41,908 nt of DNA from Candidatus Omnitrophota bacterium (GCA_015233235.1 JADFYD010000001.1:1-41908), one strand, 5' to 3'; positions 17,761 to 28,200 are shown, numbered from the stretch's first letter. Translations and numbers: made by a program. The notes: a model not told the origin generated them from the letters alone.

Positions 17761-19434
17761 ATGCTGACAAGTTTAACGGTTAAAAATTTCGGGTTGATGG
17801 ACGATTGCTCGGCTGAGTTCTCGCCTAAGCTCAACATTTTTACCGGCGAGACCGGCGCCGGCAAAACCCTGCTTATCGACGCGCTCCGATTTGTTCTTGG
17901 AGATAAGATAACCTCCTCACACCTAAGGGACGCTCAAAAACCGTGCGTTGTCGAGGCCGTTTTCGAACTTTCAAAAGATTTTCTAGCCAATAACGAGGTG
18001 TTCAATGAATACAAACAGGACGACGAAAGATCGTTCGTCATACATAGATCTTTCTCTCCCGACAAGCCTCATAAGATAAAGATTAACGGGTTCAATCTTA
18101 CCGTCTCCGAGCTAAAAAGCCTGGGCAACACGTTAATCGATTTTCACGGTGCTAACGAGCACCAAACGCTTTTTGAATCCGAATACCACATAATGATACT
18201 CGACAGACTTTCTAATTTTGCCGAACTTAAAGAAGAGTACAAAGCAGCGTTCCTCACCTACTCGGAAAGCCTGCATGAACTGGAAAATCTGGAAAAACTC
18301 GCGTCCACACGGGAACGCGAGATCGAAATATTATCGTCGCAGGTTAAAGAATTAGAACAGCTGCCGCTCTCTGAAGACAAATTTTTTGAAACCCAAAGCA
18401 AGTTAGCCCGCCTTGAAAACTCGGAAAAACTTTACGAGTCGGTGAATTCCTTGTTAGAACTGCTGCAGAATGAAGAAATAGGGCTGACTTCTACAGCGTC
18501 CAAACTTTTCGCCCCCATGGAGAAACTTAACGATCTTGACGCAAGCACCGAAAAATACGGTGTTATGCTTACTGACCTTGACGAAAATGCCAGGAACTTA
18601 ACGAGGCTACTTTCCGAATACGCTTCGTCCCTCGAGTACGACCCGGAAGAAGCGGCCGATATTTACAGACAAAATGACATCTATTATCAGCTGCAAAGAA
18701 AATACGGTCCTACGATCGGCGACGTTGAAAGGTTTTATGCCGAGACAAAAATTAAATACGGGACATTGTGTAACCTAGAGAACAACACAAGCGAACTGAA
18801 CAAAGAAACTATCCGCAAAAAGAATAAAGCTTTTTCACTTGCCAAAAAACTATCTGAAAAAAGATTAAAACAGTCCAAGATCCTGGCGAAGATCATCGAG
18901 GAGGAGCTTAAGGAACTGGGGATAAAACACGTTCAATTCGAAACAAGGATAACCGAATGTCCTCTCAACAAGAACGGGATCGACAACGTGGAGTTCTACA
19001 TAAGTCCCAACGCGGGGGAAGAACTTAAGCCTATGGCTGAAATAATATCATCCGGCGAAGCCGCCCGCGTCATGCTGGCGCTCAAAAAAGCGCTTATTAA
19101 CGTGGATCCCGTACCGGTACTGATCTTCGACGAGATAGACGCGCAAATCGGAGGACGCCTGGGAACCGTCACCGGCAAAAAGCTTAAGGAACTTTCTAAA
19201 AATCATCAGGTGCTTCTTATCACTCATTTGCCGCAGATAGCCAGTTTCGCGGACCGTCATTTTAAAGTCGTAAAGAACGTGACGGGTGGAAAAACTTCCA
19301 CGTCTCTTGAAGTACTCGAGAAGGACTTACGCGTTGAGGAACTAGCCAAAATGATGAGCGGCGAAAAAATAAACGAAACTTCCATAAAACACGCCCGAGA
19401 AATGCTTAAAACAGCTACAGATTTAAACTCTTGA
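17761..19434 (+). CDS. recN: DNA repair protein RecN
   Basis: Walker A TGETGAGKT, coiled coil, SSGEAARVMLALK, LIFDEIDA and ITHLPQIA. Confidence 0.96.
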   Translation: MLTSLTVKNFGLMDDCSAEFSPKLNIFTGETGAGKTLLIDALRFVLGDKITSSHLRDAQKPCVVEAVFELSKDFLANNEVFNEYKQDDERSFVIHRSFSPDKPHKIKINGFNLTVSELKSLGNTLIDFHGANEHQTLFESEYHIMILDRLSNFAELKEEYKAAFLTYSESLHELENLEKLASTREREIEILSSQVKELEQLPLSEDKFFETQSKLARLENSEKLYESVNSLLELLQNEEIGLTSTASKLFAPMEKLNDLDASTEKYGVMLTDLDENARNLTRLLSEYASSLEYDPEEAADIYRQNDIYYQLQRKYGPTIGDVERFYAETKIKYGTLCNLENNTSELNKETIRKKNKAFSLAKKLSEKRLKQSKILAKIIEEELKELGIKHVQFETRITECPLNKNGIDNVEFYISPNAGEELKPMAEIISSGEAARVMLALKKALINVDPVPVLIFDEIDAQIGGRLGTVTGKKLKELSKNHQVLLITHLPQIASFADRHFKVVKNVTGGKTSTSLEVLEKDLRVEELAKMMSGEKINETSIKHAREMLKTATDLNS

Positions 19435-20341
19435 TATTGCTCGATACGACCGACGCTGAATCACCCAGCAACTTTTTCTCTTCCGCTGTTAGAGGCAACT
19501 CAAGGACTTTTTCGACCCCGGACGCACCGAGGATAACAGGTACGCCGATATAGAGATCTTTTAGGCCGTATTCACCATTTAGATATGCGCTTGCCGGCAG
19601 CAAGCGTTTTTTGTCTTTTAAAATACACTCCACCATTTCTACGACGGAGGCCGCCGGAGAATAATAGGCGCTGCCGGTCTTGAGGTGAGCTACAACTTCT
19701 GCGCCGGCATTTTTCGTACGTTCGATGATCTTATCCAACTTTTCTTTTGATAATAATTCAGTGACAGGAACACCGGCGACCGTACAAAATCTGGCAAGAG
19801 GAACCATGCTGTCACCGTGGCCGCCTAATACCATAGCTTGTATGTCCCCTGCCGAAACCTTAAGTTCCTTAGCCAAAAAACATCTGAACCGCGCCGAATC
19901 CAGTACACCGGCCATACCGATAACCTTATTCGACTTAAAACCGCTTATTTTCCAGGCAAGATAGGACATAACATCTAAAGGATTTGTCACAACTATTATT
20001 ATGCTTTTAGGGGAACGCTTTGATACATCTTCCGTTACTGACTTCACAATCGCGACGTTCTTCGCTAGCAGGTCTTCACGAGACATCCCTGGCTGGCGGG
20101 CTAGCCCCGCGGTAATAACAACAATATCAGAATCAGCCGTATCCGCGTAATCGTTACTTCCCTTTATGTCAGCGTCAAACCCGCGTGAGGGACCAGCCGC
20201 CATCATATCGAGTGCTTTCCCCTGCGGCAATCCTTCCACCTTATCCACCAACACTACGTCGGCTAGCTTGTTTTCAAGTATATACTGCGCGCATGTCGCG
20301 CCCACATTCCCCGCGCCTATAACAGATACTTTATGTCTCAT
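19415..20341 (-). CDS. mdh: Malate dehydrogenase (LDH-like)
   Basis: IGAGNVG, ITAGLARQPGMSREDL, VTNPLD, LDSARF, GGHGD and GSAYYSP. Confidence 0.95.
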   Translation of the reverse strand: MRHKVSVIGAGNVGATCAQYILENKLADVVLVDKVEGLPQGKALDMMAAGPSRGFDADIKGSNDYADTADSDIVVITAGLARQPGMSREDLLAKNVAIVKSVTEDVSKRSPKSIIIVVTNPLDVMSYLAWKISGFKSNKVIGMAGVLDSARFRCFLAKELKVSAGDIQAMVLGGHGDSMVPLARFCTVAGVPVTELLSKEKLDKIIERTKNAGAEVVAHLKTGSAYYSPAASVVEMVECILKDKKRLLPASAYLNGEYGLKDLYIGVPVILGASGVEKVLELPLTAEEKKLLGDSASVVSSNIKSLNL

Positions 20342-20370
20342 AATATTTCTCCCCTTTTTCAACTCGAATT

Positions 20371-20398
20371 ATTCTATCGCACTTACCATGAGAGTCAA
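20371..20398 (-). promoter_or_regulatory. Sigma70 promoter for mdh
   Basis: Minus strand TTGACT-16-TAGAAT. Confidence 0.55.
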
Positions 20399-20510
20399 GG
20401 AGTTTTGAATATGAGTATGATACAAACGATGCCGAAGGGAAAAGCTTCCGTGCGGGGACGCTCATGAGCAAAATATAGGAAGGTATGTCTAATACGGAAT
20501 CACATGTTCA

Positions 20511-20796
20511 GGGGTGATATTTCAAGATATTTCCGAGCCTTTTTAACAGCGCAAAAGTTCGCCCGCACTTGTAGATGCCGCGGTAGATACTTTCCGGACG
20601 AACCCCCGGCAGCGACGTCGGGCTTGGACTTCGAGCCGACAATTTGTTTTCTAATCAAGGCGAGAAGCCGACTCGCTGCCGGATGAGCCCGACTGGCCGC
20701 CGGAGCCGGTCGGGCGTGTTCGGACGGAAAGTATATACCGCGGCATCTTGATATAAACCTTAAAACCAGCTCGAAAATGTCTTAAAATATCACCCC
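20511..20796. mobile_element. MITE-like element with 28-bp terminal inverted repeats enclosing a branched structured core
   Basis: TIRs at 20511-20538 / 20769-20796 (25/28 match), inner inverted repeat at 20573-20596 / 20725-20748 (23/24), several internal hairpins, no credible ORF. Confidence 0.65.
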
Positions 20797-20818
20797 AGAC
20801 ATGTATAACACGCATTAA

Positions 20819-21091
20819 TCAATACAGCACCCGGTATGCGCATGAGGGATGAAGGCCTCTTTTGGGGATGTTCTCGCGGATCTCGACGCACCTGAATTTT
20901 TTTCCGGAAATGGTCTCTCTTTCTCCAAGGCGGGTCTTGTAGATCCTGCAAAAATACGTGCCGTCGGGGTTCTTGCTCAGGAAAAAACACGGGTCATCTC
21001 CCGCCCCGCAGCACATGCCACATTTCTTGCATAAACTCTCGAACTCGGAGAATTTGTTGGCAAGATATTCTTCGTAATCCTGACCGTTCAT
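20819..21091 (-). CDS. Small Cys-rich protein (CxxCxxCC, YkgJ/FliB-like Zn or Fe-S binding)
   Basis: CKKCGMCC...PCFFL...CRIYKTR...C...CAY; ATGA overlap with the upstream gene at 21088-21091. Confidence 0.75.
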   Translation of the reverse strand: MNGQDYEEYLANKFSEFESLCKKCGMCCGAGDDPCFFLSKNPDGTYFCRIYKTRLGERETISGKKFRCVEIRENIPKRGLHPSCAYRVLY

Positions 21092-21306
21092 TTGGGTGTT
21101 TTTTTGGGGAGGAAGGAGCGGAATAAAAAGCCGATAAAAACGATGAAATAAAAAAGGGCGACGAATAAAAGAAGGAGCATAAAAAACGCGATAAGTATCG
21201 ATGAAGCGCCGAGAATGAGCTGCCAACCGATAAACCCGAAGAAAATAACAAAGGGCGCGAGAATGAGAACCGCGAGTCCCACAAGAAAGTTTTTTAATGT
21301 TTCCAT
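21088..21306 (-). CDS. Small hydrophobic membrane protein
   Basis: Nearly all hydrophobic (about 2 TM) with a basic tail; translationally coupled to the next gene. Confidence 0.65.
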   Translation of the reverse strand: METLKNFLVGLAVLILAPFVIFFGFIGWQLILGASSILIAFFMLLLLFVALFYFIVFIGFLFRSFLPKKTPK

Positions 21307-21332
21307 GTTCACGCGCCTTGAAGTGTTGTACC

Positions 21333-21719
21333 TTATATTTGGTTTGAAGTAAGCGACTGGACTTCAGCGTCAGACATATTCTTCCTTCTCAGGAAACAAG
21401 CGCCGACGTCGTAGGAAACCCCCGGCTCGCCTTCGGAGATCCTCACCACGCGGGCAAGTATGCCATTCTTGACTATTACAAGATCCTCTTCTATCTCACT
21501 ACAGACATTAACCATTTTGTCATCCATGATGATCCATACTATTGAAGACAATGCCGGCGGTATCTGAGTAGTATTGAAAAGTATGCCGCTAGCGCTTACA
21601 TTTTTTGTCTGTATGTTGGCCTTATTCGAGTATTTATTGGTCTTGAGTTCTCTGAACTCAACCTGAGCCGCGTGGTCTATCCGGAGAAATTCCCTTTGTT
21701 CCTGAAATTCATCGCTCAT
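21333..21719 (-). CDS. PilZ-domain protein
   Basis: EQREFLR and NVSASG; GGAGG RBS. Confidence 0.8.
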   Translation of the reverse strand: MSDEFQEQREFLRIDHAAQVEFRELKTNKYSNKANIQTKNVSASGILFNTTQIPPALSSIVWIIMDDKMVNVCSEIEEDLVIVKNGILARVVRISEGEPGVSYDVGACFLRRKNMSDAEVQSLTSNQI

Positions 21720-21765
21720 TATGTCCTCCACTGTTTAGAAAATATTATCCGAATGTCCGTTGTAG

Positions 21766-22566
21766 CTATGCTTTATTAACAAATTGTACAGCATTCCTGA
21801 AAATTTGCAAGCCTATACCCGTCTCTTTTCCTTTTTTCACACAGCGCTGCCATCTCGGATGCTGCGTAAAAAAGATGTGCCTTTCAGGATGCGGCATCAT
21901 CCCGAGAATACGGCCGGTGCTATCGCAAATTCCGGCGATATTATCAACCGAACCGTTGGGGTTTACCGGATATGCGCCTTCATTACCCGCTTCGTCGGAA
22001 TATCTAAAAACGATCTGTCCGTTAGCTCGGAGTTTCTTCAGCACCTCGCTGCTTTGAGGGACAAACTTACCCTCGGCATGCGCTATAGGAAGGTAAATGA
22101 TCTCCGGGAGTTGCTTTGTCCATACACACAAATTTTTTACGGGATCTTTTTTTAGATATATCCATCTGTCAATATAATGTCCCGCATCGTTAAGGGTCAG
22201 TGTGACTTTAGGAGCGAAAAGCTCGTCCTTAGTAAAAAGCGGTAAAAGCCCCATTTTTACCAGCACCTGAAAACCGTTACATATCCCGATGACCAGCTTT
22301 CCCCGTGAAACAAACTCACTTAACTCATTTTTTAAGCTATGTTTCATCTCGTTCGCGAGTATTTTTCCGCTGGCGATATCGTCCCCGTATGAAAACCCGC
22401 CAGGTATCGCGAGTATATTGAATTTCTTCATCGCAGATTTGTTCTTTATAAGGGAATTAATATGCATGACATCCGCGAATGCGCCCGCCAAACGGAACGC
22501 GTGCGCTGTTTCGACGTCACAATTAGTTCCCGCCGTCCTGATGACCAGTGCCTTCGCCTTACTCAT
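21766..22566 (-). CDS. purQ: FGAM synthase glutaminase subunit PurQ
   Basis: GTNCD, PGGFSYGD, GICNGFQ, AHAEG and GMMPHPER. Confidence 0.97.
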   Translation of the reverse strand: MSKAKALVIRTAGTNCDVETAHAFRLAGAFADVMHINSLIKNKSAMKKFNILAIPGGFSYGDDIASGKILANEMKHSLKNELSEFVSRGKLVIGICNGFQVLVKMGLLPLFTKDELFAPKVTLTLNDAGHYIDRWIYLKKDPVKNLCVWTKQLPEIIYLPIAHAEGKFVPQSSEVLKKLRANGQIVFRYSDEAGNEGAYPVNPNGSVDNIAGICDSTGRILGMMPHPERHIFFTQHPRWQRCVKKGKETGIGLQIFRNAVQFVNKA

Positions 22567-25435
22567 GCATTACCTTTCTTATTGTGTTCTGCCAGGAATA
22601 TTTCAATTTATCAATATCGGCGTTAACGACCGTTTTGCCGCCCAGCCCTTTAACCAGCATTTTTTTATCTTTCCTGACTTTACCGACAAAACCTAAATGC
22701 ACGCCGCGAAGAGCTTTTTCAAACTCTTCCTTTTTGCCGGCTGGAACTTCTGCGATAAAGCGCCCGTTTGATTCCGAGAAAAGCACGACGTCATCCCTTT
22801 TAACGGATCTGTCGCGGGGAAGTTTCCCGAGGTCTATATCTGCGCCATATCCTCCCGCAAAAAACATTTCTGCTGCGCTTACGGCGAACCCGCCGTCCGA
22901 AATGTCATGACATGAAACTACCAATCCCTTTCGTATGGCGACGCTGAGTTTCCGCATAAGCTGGGCGGACACTTTAGCGTTGACACGCGGGACGACACCG
23001 CCCGAAAGTCCATTAACCAGGTTATACTGAGAGCCCCCAAGTTCCTGAAAAGTTTTCCCGAGAACATAAATGAGGTTCCCGGGCTCTTTCACATCCATAG
23101 AAATGGTCTTACGAACATCGTCTATGACTGCTATCGCGGAAATTAAAAGTGTCGAGGGGATAGCGACTACCCCCTTACCTGTATTGAACTCGTTATTTAA
23201 ACTGTCTTTCCCGGAAATAAACGGTGTTCCAAAGGCTTTACCGAAATCGTAACATGCCTGGGAAGCGCGCACCAATTTCCCGAGCTCGACAGGGTTTTCG
23301 GTTGAACCCCAGCAAAAATTATCAAGGATGGCGATTTTGTCGGGATCACCGCCCACGGCGATGATCTGTCGTATCGCTTCTTCAATGACGCTGGCGGCCA
23401 TCCAGTAAGGATCGATATCGCCATAACGTGGATTAATACCATTGGATATGACTATTCCTTTGTTACTCGTCAAAACAGGACGGATAACCGCGGCATCCGA
23501 CGGCCCGTCGTTCTCGGCGCCTACGAGGGGTTTTAAAACACTTCCAGCCTGCACCTCATGGTCATACTGCCTGATGATCCACTCTTTGCTTGAAATATTC
23601 CATGATGCGAGTATCCGCGCAAGATCTGTGTTATAATTCGTTCTTACAGGTGTCGCAATGCGTGGGTCTTCATGCCGATTTTTCCAAATGGCCTTACGAA
23701 CTACACCCGGAAGTCCGCCGTGCAGAAATTCCATATCGAGGTCCGCGACTTTGTGTTTCTTATAGAAAAGCTTCAGTTTCTTATCACGTGTAAATTTACC
23801 TATAACAACGGCCTCGACATTTTCACTCTCAAATATACTAAGAAGCTTTTTCAGCTTTTTTGGTTTTACCGCCAGCACCATCCGTTCCTGAGCTTCGGAT
23901 ACCCATATTTCCCACGGTTTCAGACCTTCGTACTTGAGAGGCGCTTTTTCAAGATATACCTCGGCACCGGTCTCCTCTCCCATCTCACCGACGGCGCTTG
24001 AAAAGCCACCCGCGCCGCAATCAGTAACGGCATCATACAGGCCGAGATCACGCGCTTTTAAAAGTGTATCAAGCACTTTCTTTTCGGTGATCGGGTCGCC
24101 GATCTGAACGGCAGTTGCAGAAATAGTCTCCGATTCATGCGTGAGCTCAGAAGAGGAAAAAGTCGCGCCATGAATGCCGTCGCGACCGGTCCTTCCGCCT
24201 ACGGCCACGATAAGATCGCCCGAGGAAACTTTTTTAAACGAACAAGCCTTTGGCATAATTCCGATATTACCGCAATAAACAAGCGGGTTCCCGGTATATC
24301 TTTCGTCAAAGTAAACCGCACCGTTCACCGTCGGGATGCCCATTTTATTGCCATAATCACGGACACCCGACACAACGCCTTTCATTACTCTTTTGGGATG
24401 TAACGCGCCTTTTGGTATTTTTGCGTTCGGCGCGTCCGGAAAACCGAAACAAAAGACATCAGTATTAGCGATTGGTTTTGCTCCAAGCCCTGTGCCCAGC
24501 GTGTCGCGAATAACGCCGCCGATACCTGTCCCGGCACCGCCGTACGGCTCAAGCGCGGACGGATGATTGTGAGTTTCCACTTTGAAACACACATTATGCT
24601 TATCGTCAAATTCTATGATACCCGCATTATCTTTAAAAACCGAAATACACCATGGCTTTTTAAGTTCAATAGTGGCTTTCATTACGGTGTTCTTGAGGAG
24701 TTTTCTGACAAGTTTACCATCAAAAAGAATATCTCCGAGCATGGTCTTATGCTTGCAGTGTTCGCTCCACGTCTGCGCGATCGTCTCAAGTTCACAATCC
24801 GACGGATTGCGGCCTATCGTCTTATAATGTTTTCTAATAACCTTCATTTCGGCCAAAGACAAATACAAACGTGCATCATAGCTCAATTTAGACAAACCCG
24901 GATCATCCAGTGTGATAACCGGCACCTCTGTATAAGAGAAATCATATTGAGCGGCATTTTCGGCAGTTTCGGAATGCGTTACGATGTGCTGTATCAGTTT
25001 GTTGTATAAAAGTTTGTCGGCGACATTACGTGATGTACCGGCGTTGAATCTGCCGGCAAAAATATATTTTTTAGATGTCGTCACCGAAACACCGACAATA
25101 CCCATGTCGTTCATTGCTTTTATCACGCTATCACGCACAGGGTCCATGACGCCGGGATTCGACGCGATCTCGACCGTGTTTTTCTGCGCAAACCGCTTGT
25201 CGCGTAACGCACAGGGGTAAACACGGCATTCCTGGGAGACGGAGTCAGCAAGAAGAGTCCTGGCAACGTCCTTAGCTTTTTTCGCGGTAACATCACCGGT
25301 AAGAGTGAAAACATCGACTATGTCCACATGCTTAACACCGTTTATACCGATGTCTTTTATGTCTTTAAGAAGATTACCGCTTCTTGGGTCAGGGAAATTT
25401 TTTTTATTCCCAATTTCTATTCTGAAAGTCAGCAT
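22559..25435 (-). CDS. purL: FGAM synthase PurL with N-terminal PurS-like domains
   Basis: WSEHCKH, KVETHNHPS, DCGAGG, QYDHEV and SGKDSL. The N-terminal ~150 aa contains two PurS-like units (DPRSG, PGVMDP). Confidence 0.96.
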   Translation of the reverse strand: MLTFRIEIGNKKNFPDPRSGNLLKDIKDIGINGVKHVDIVDVFTLTGDVTAKKAKDVARTLLADSVSQECRVYPCALRDKRFAQKNTVEIASNPGVMDPVRDSVIKAMNDMGIVGVSVTTSKKYIFAGRFNAGTSRNVADKLLYNKLIQHIVTHSETAENAAQYDFSYTEVPVITLDDPGLSKLSYDARLYLSLAEMKVIRKHYKTIGRNPSDCELETIAQTWSEHCKHKTMLGDILFDGKLVRKLLKNTVMKATIELKKPWCISVFKDNAGIIEFDDKHNVCFKVETHNHPSALEPYGGAGTGIGGVIRDTLGTGLGAKPIANTDVFCFGFPDAPNAKIPKGALHPKRVMKGVVSGVRDYGNKMGIPTVNGAVYFDERYTGNPLVYCGNIGIMPKACSFKKVSSGDLIVAVGGRTGRDGIHGATFSSSELTHESETISATAVQIGDPITEKKVLDTLLKARDLGLYDAVTDCGAGGFSSAVGEMGEETGAEVYLEKAPLKYEGLKPWEIWVSEAQERMVLAVKPKKLKKLLSIFESENVEAVVIGKFTRDKKLKLFYKKHKVADLDMEFLHGGLPGVVRKAIWKNRHEDPRIATPVRTNYNTDLARILASWNISSKEWIIRQYDHEVQAGSVLKPLVGAENDGPSDAAVIRPVLTSNKGIVISNGINPRYGDIDPYWMAASVIEEAIRQIIAVGGDPDKIAILDNFCWGSTENPVELGKLVRASQACYDFGKAFGTPFISGKDSLNNEFNTGKGVVAIPSTLLISAIAVIDDVRKTISMDVKEPGNLIYVLGKTFQELGGSQYNLVNGLSGGVVPRVNAKVSAQLMRKLSVAIRKGLVVSCHDISDGGFAVSAAEMFFAGGYGADIDLGKLPRDRSVKRDDVVLFSESNGRFIAEVPAGKKEEFEKALRGVHLGFVGKVRKDKKMLVKGLGGKTVVNADIDKLKYSWQNTIRKVMHE

Positions 25436-25436
25436 T

Positions 25437-26987
25437 TTATTCCCATTCGATTGTGCTGGGCGGTTTGGAACTCACGTCAAACACGACCCTGTTCACGCCT
25501 TCTACTTCGTTTATTATACGGTTTGACATCTCTCCGAGAACATGGTAAGGGACCTTGGCCCAATCCGCCGTCATACCGTCAACACTGGTTACCGCCCTGA
25601 TCGCGAGGACATTCTCATAAGTTCTCATATCGCCCATGACACCTACGCTTTTCACCGGAAGAAGCACGCCGAATATCTGCCAAGTTTCCCCGTAAACACC
25701 CGTTTTTTTCGCTATGTCTATAATGATCCAGTCGGCTTCGCGCAGAATTTCAAGCCGTTTTTTAGTAAGGTCACTGATGATACGCACAGCCAGACCCGGC
25801 CCGGGGAACGGCTGCCTGTCAGTGATCTCGGACGAAAGACCAAGTTCTTTACCGACTTCACGAACCTCGTCCTTAAAAAGTTCTCTGAGGGGTTCAACAA
25901 GTTTAAGCCCCATTTTTTTGGGAAGCCCGCCGACATTATGATGCGATTTTATAACCTTACTCGGCCCACCATAAAAAGACTGAGATTCAATAACATCGGG
26001 ATAAAGTGTACCTTGAGCGAGATATTTCACGCCTTTAGTGCTCTTAGCGGCTTTCTCAAAAACACGTATAAAAGTATGGCCGATTATCTTACGTTTTCTC
26101 TCTGGGTCCGTCACGCCTTTAAGCGCGTCTAGAAATATTTTTTCGGCTTTTATAACCGTTAGTGGAAGTTTAATATTACGTTCAAACAGTTCCTTGACAC
26201 GTTCGCGTTCACCTTTACGCAAAAGACCGTTATCCACAAAAATGCATCGTAATTTGTCCCCTATCGCTTCCTTCAGCAGCACCGCGGAGACCGTGGAATC
26301 GACACCGCCGGAAAGTCCCAGAATGACCTTATCCTCGCCTACAACTTTTGATATTTCCTGTATCTTGTTCTCTATAAACGATTTCATGGTCCAGTTTTTT
26401 TCGGCTGCGGCAATGTTAAAAATAAAATTGCGTAGAATCTTACTGCCACCAACCGTATGAACCACTTCGGGATGGAACTGTACCCCGTAAATTTTATTTG
26501 CGATGTCGCAGAACGCCGCCGCACGCGTATTACCGCTTCCGGCGATAATCTCAAAGCCCTTCGGCAGAACCTCCACTTTGTCGCAATGGCTCATCCAAGT
26601 GACCCCGGACCCGCTAAGACCTTTAAAAAGCGGATTTGTTGTCTTAAAAGACACTACTGTACGGCCATACTCTTTTTTGCCGCTTTTCAATATTTTCCCG
26701 CCGGCAAGCTGGCCGATAAGCTGCATCCCGTAACAAATACCCAAAATAGGTATACCGCTTTTCAAGATGCTTTTTTCAATGCGCGGAGAGTTCGTATCAT
26801 AAACGCTTGATGGCCCGCCGGAAAATATTATGCCCTTCGGCTCCAGTTCCTTGATCTTTTTGACTGCCAACTCCGGGGGGCAAACTTCGGAATGCACGTG
26901 AAGTTCACGTATGCGCCTGGCAATAAGTTGCACATACTGCGAGCCAAAATCGACCACTAAAATTCCCGCTTTTCGATAATCATTCAT
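25437..26987 (-). CDS. guaA: GMP synthase (glutamine-hydrolysing)
   Basis: DFGSQY, GICYGMQ, QFHPEV, SGGVDS, IKSHHNVGG and KPPSTIEWE. Confidence 0.98.
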   Translation of the reverse strand: MNDYRKAGILVVDFGSQYVQLIARRIRELHVHSEVCPPELAVKKIKELEPKGIIFSGGPSSVYDTNSPRIEKSILKSGIPILGICYGMQLIGQLAGGKILKSGKKEYGRTVVSFKTTNPLFKGLSGSGVTWMSHCDKVEVLPKGFEIIAGSGNTRAAAFCDIANKIYGVQFHPEVVHTVGGSKILRNFIFNIAAAEKNWTMKSFIENKIQEISKVVGEDKVILGLSGGVDSTVSAVLLKEAIGDKLRCIFVDNGLLRKGERERVKELFERNIKLPLTVIKAEKIFLDALKGVTDPERKRKIIGHTFIRVFEKAAKSTKGVKYLAQGTLYPDVIESQSFYGGPSKVIKSHHNVGGLPKKMGLKLVEPLRELFKDEVREVGKELGLSSEITDRQPFPGPGLAVRIISDLTKKRLEILREADWIIIDIAKKTGVYGETWQIFGVLLPVKSVGVMGDMRTYENVLAIRAVTSVDGMTADWAKVPYHVLGEMSNRIINEVEGVNRVVFDVSSKPPSTIEWE

Positions 26988-28200
26988 TAGTGTATTTTTC
27001 CCATTTGGTTAACAAGTCAACGGAGTTAATCAGGTCTAAAATGTAAGTCGTGTAGTCTTCGCCGGTAGCGCCGGTGCTGCGTCCGGTCAGAACAAATTTT
27101 CTTTCAAATTGTCCCGCGATGTCCAGCGCCTTTTCGACTATTTCGGATTCTTTAGCAAAACCAATATGGCCAAGAAGCATGCTGCTTGCTCTTATCATAG
27201 ACGATGGGTCGGCATATATGTCCCTGCCTTCCTGGACCATTCTGGGAGCGCTGCCGTGTATCGCCTCAAACATGGCCCATTTTTTTCCTATATTCGCGCT
27301 TCCGGCCGTACCGACCCCGCCCTGTATCTGCGCTGCCTCATCAGTCAGGATATCGCCATAAAGGTTGGGGAGCACAATAACCTCAAAATCTCCGCGCCGT
27401 TCCGCATCAAGCAGTTTTGCCGTCATTATATCGATGTACCACTCGTCAAGTTTTATCCCGCACCCGGCATATTCCGAAGCGATCATTTTGGCGATCTCAG
27501 AGAATTTGCCGTCGGTTGTTTTTATGACATTAGATTTTGTCACGGCGGTCACCCTCTTGAACCCGTTCCTCTTCGCATATTCGAACGCCATGCGTATTAT
27601 GCGCTCGGTGCCTTGTCTGGTAGTGACCGTAAAATCTACAAAAAGATCATCCGTTACGCATATCCCTTTCGAGCCAAGGATATAAGCGCCTTCTGTATTC
27701 TCCCTGAAGAATGTCCAATTAATGCCTTCTTTGGCTATTTTAACTGGTCGCACATTTGCGAAAAGATCCAACTCACGCCTCATTGCTACGTTGGCGCTCT
27801 CGATATTAGGCCATTTATCGCCAGCCTGGGGTGTTGTCGTCGGGCCCTTAAGGATTACGTGACACTTCTTTATTTCTGCGAGCACATCGTCCGGGATAGC
27901 CTTCTTATGCTTGACACGGTTCTCAATTGTCAGACCTTCGATAGTGCGGAACTGTACTTTACCGTTTCTAGATTGTTCCCGAAGAACATGCTTCAGGATG
28001 CGTTCCGAATGTTTGGATATCTCCTTTCCTATGCCGTCACCCCAGCATATTCCTACAACAATGGATGGAAGGCGTGAATAATCGGTCCATTCTGAACTTT
28101 GTTTCATTACTTCAATTCTGGCCAACTGATCTTTGATTATGCCGCTGAAGTGCGTAAGCGCTCTATCGACATATGCTGTTCCGCAAAATTTTTCATCCAC
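26980..28200 (-). CDS. icd: Isocitrate/isopropylmalate-family dehydrogenase (probably isocitrate dehydrogenase)
   Basis: GDGIG, LKGPTTTP, SANVAMRRELDLFANVRP, RENTEG, NLYGDILTD and FEAIHGSAP. Start is GTG 28200 or TTG 28215; substrate uncertain. Confidence 0.8.
   Translation of the reverse strand: MDEKFCGTAYVDRALTHFSGIIKDQLARIEVMKQSSEWTDYSRLPSIVVGICWGDGIGKEISKHSERILKHVLREQSRNGKVQFRTIEGLTIENRVKHKKAIPDDVLAEIKKCHVILKGPTTTPQAGDKWPNIESANVAMRRELDLFANVRPVKIAKEGINWTFFRENTEGAYILGSKGICVTDDLFVDFTVTTRQGTERIIRMAFEYAKRNGFKRVTAVTKSNVIKTTDGKFSEIAKMIASEYAGCGIKLDEWYIDIMTAKLLDAERRGDFEVIVLPNLYGDILTDEAAQIQGGVGTAGSANIGKKWAMFEAIHGSAPRMVQEGRDIYADPSSMIRASSMLLGHIGFAKESEIVEKALDIAGQFERKFVLTGRSTGATGEDYTTYILDLINSVDLLTKWEKYTNE

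Noticed and set aside
19415-19434. 20-nt convergent overlap of the recN and mdh 3' ends
   Set aside because: Short convergent overlaps are common in compact genomes.
20425-20470. Possible c-di-GMP-I riboswitch (GGGAAAA...GGGACGC)
   Set aside because: It lacks the GCAAAC/GAAA tetraloop stem, the GCAAAGC continuation and the P2 stem, and it is oriented away from mdh.
27109-28077. 322-aa plus-strand ORF, and similar shadow ORFs over purL, guaA, rbr and exbB
   Set aside because: They are antisense to well-conserved genes and have no motifs.
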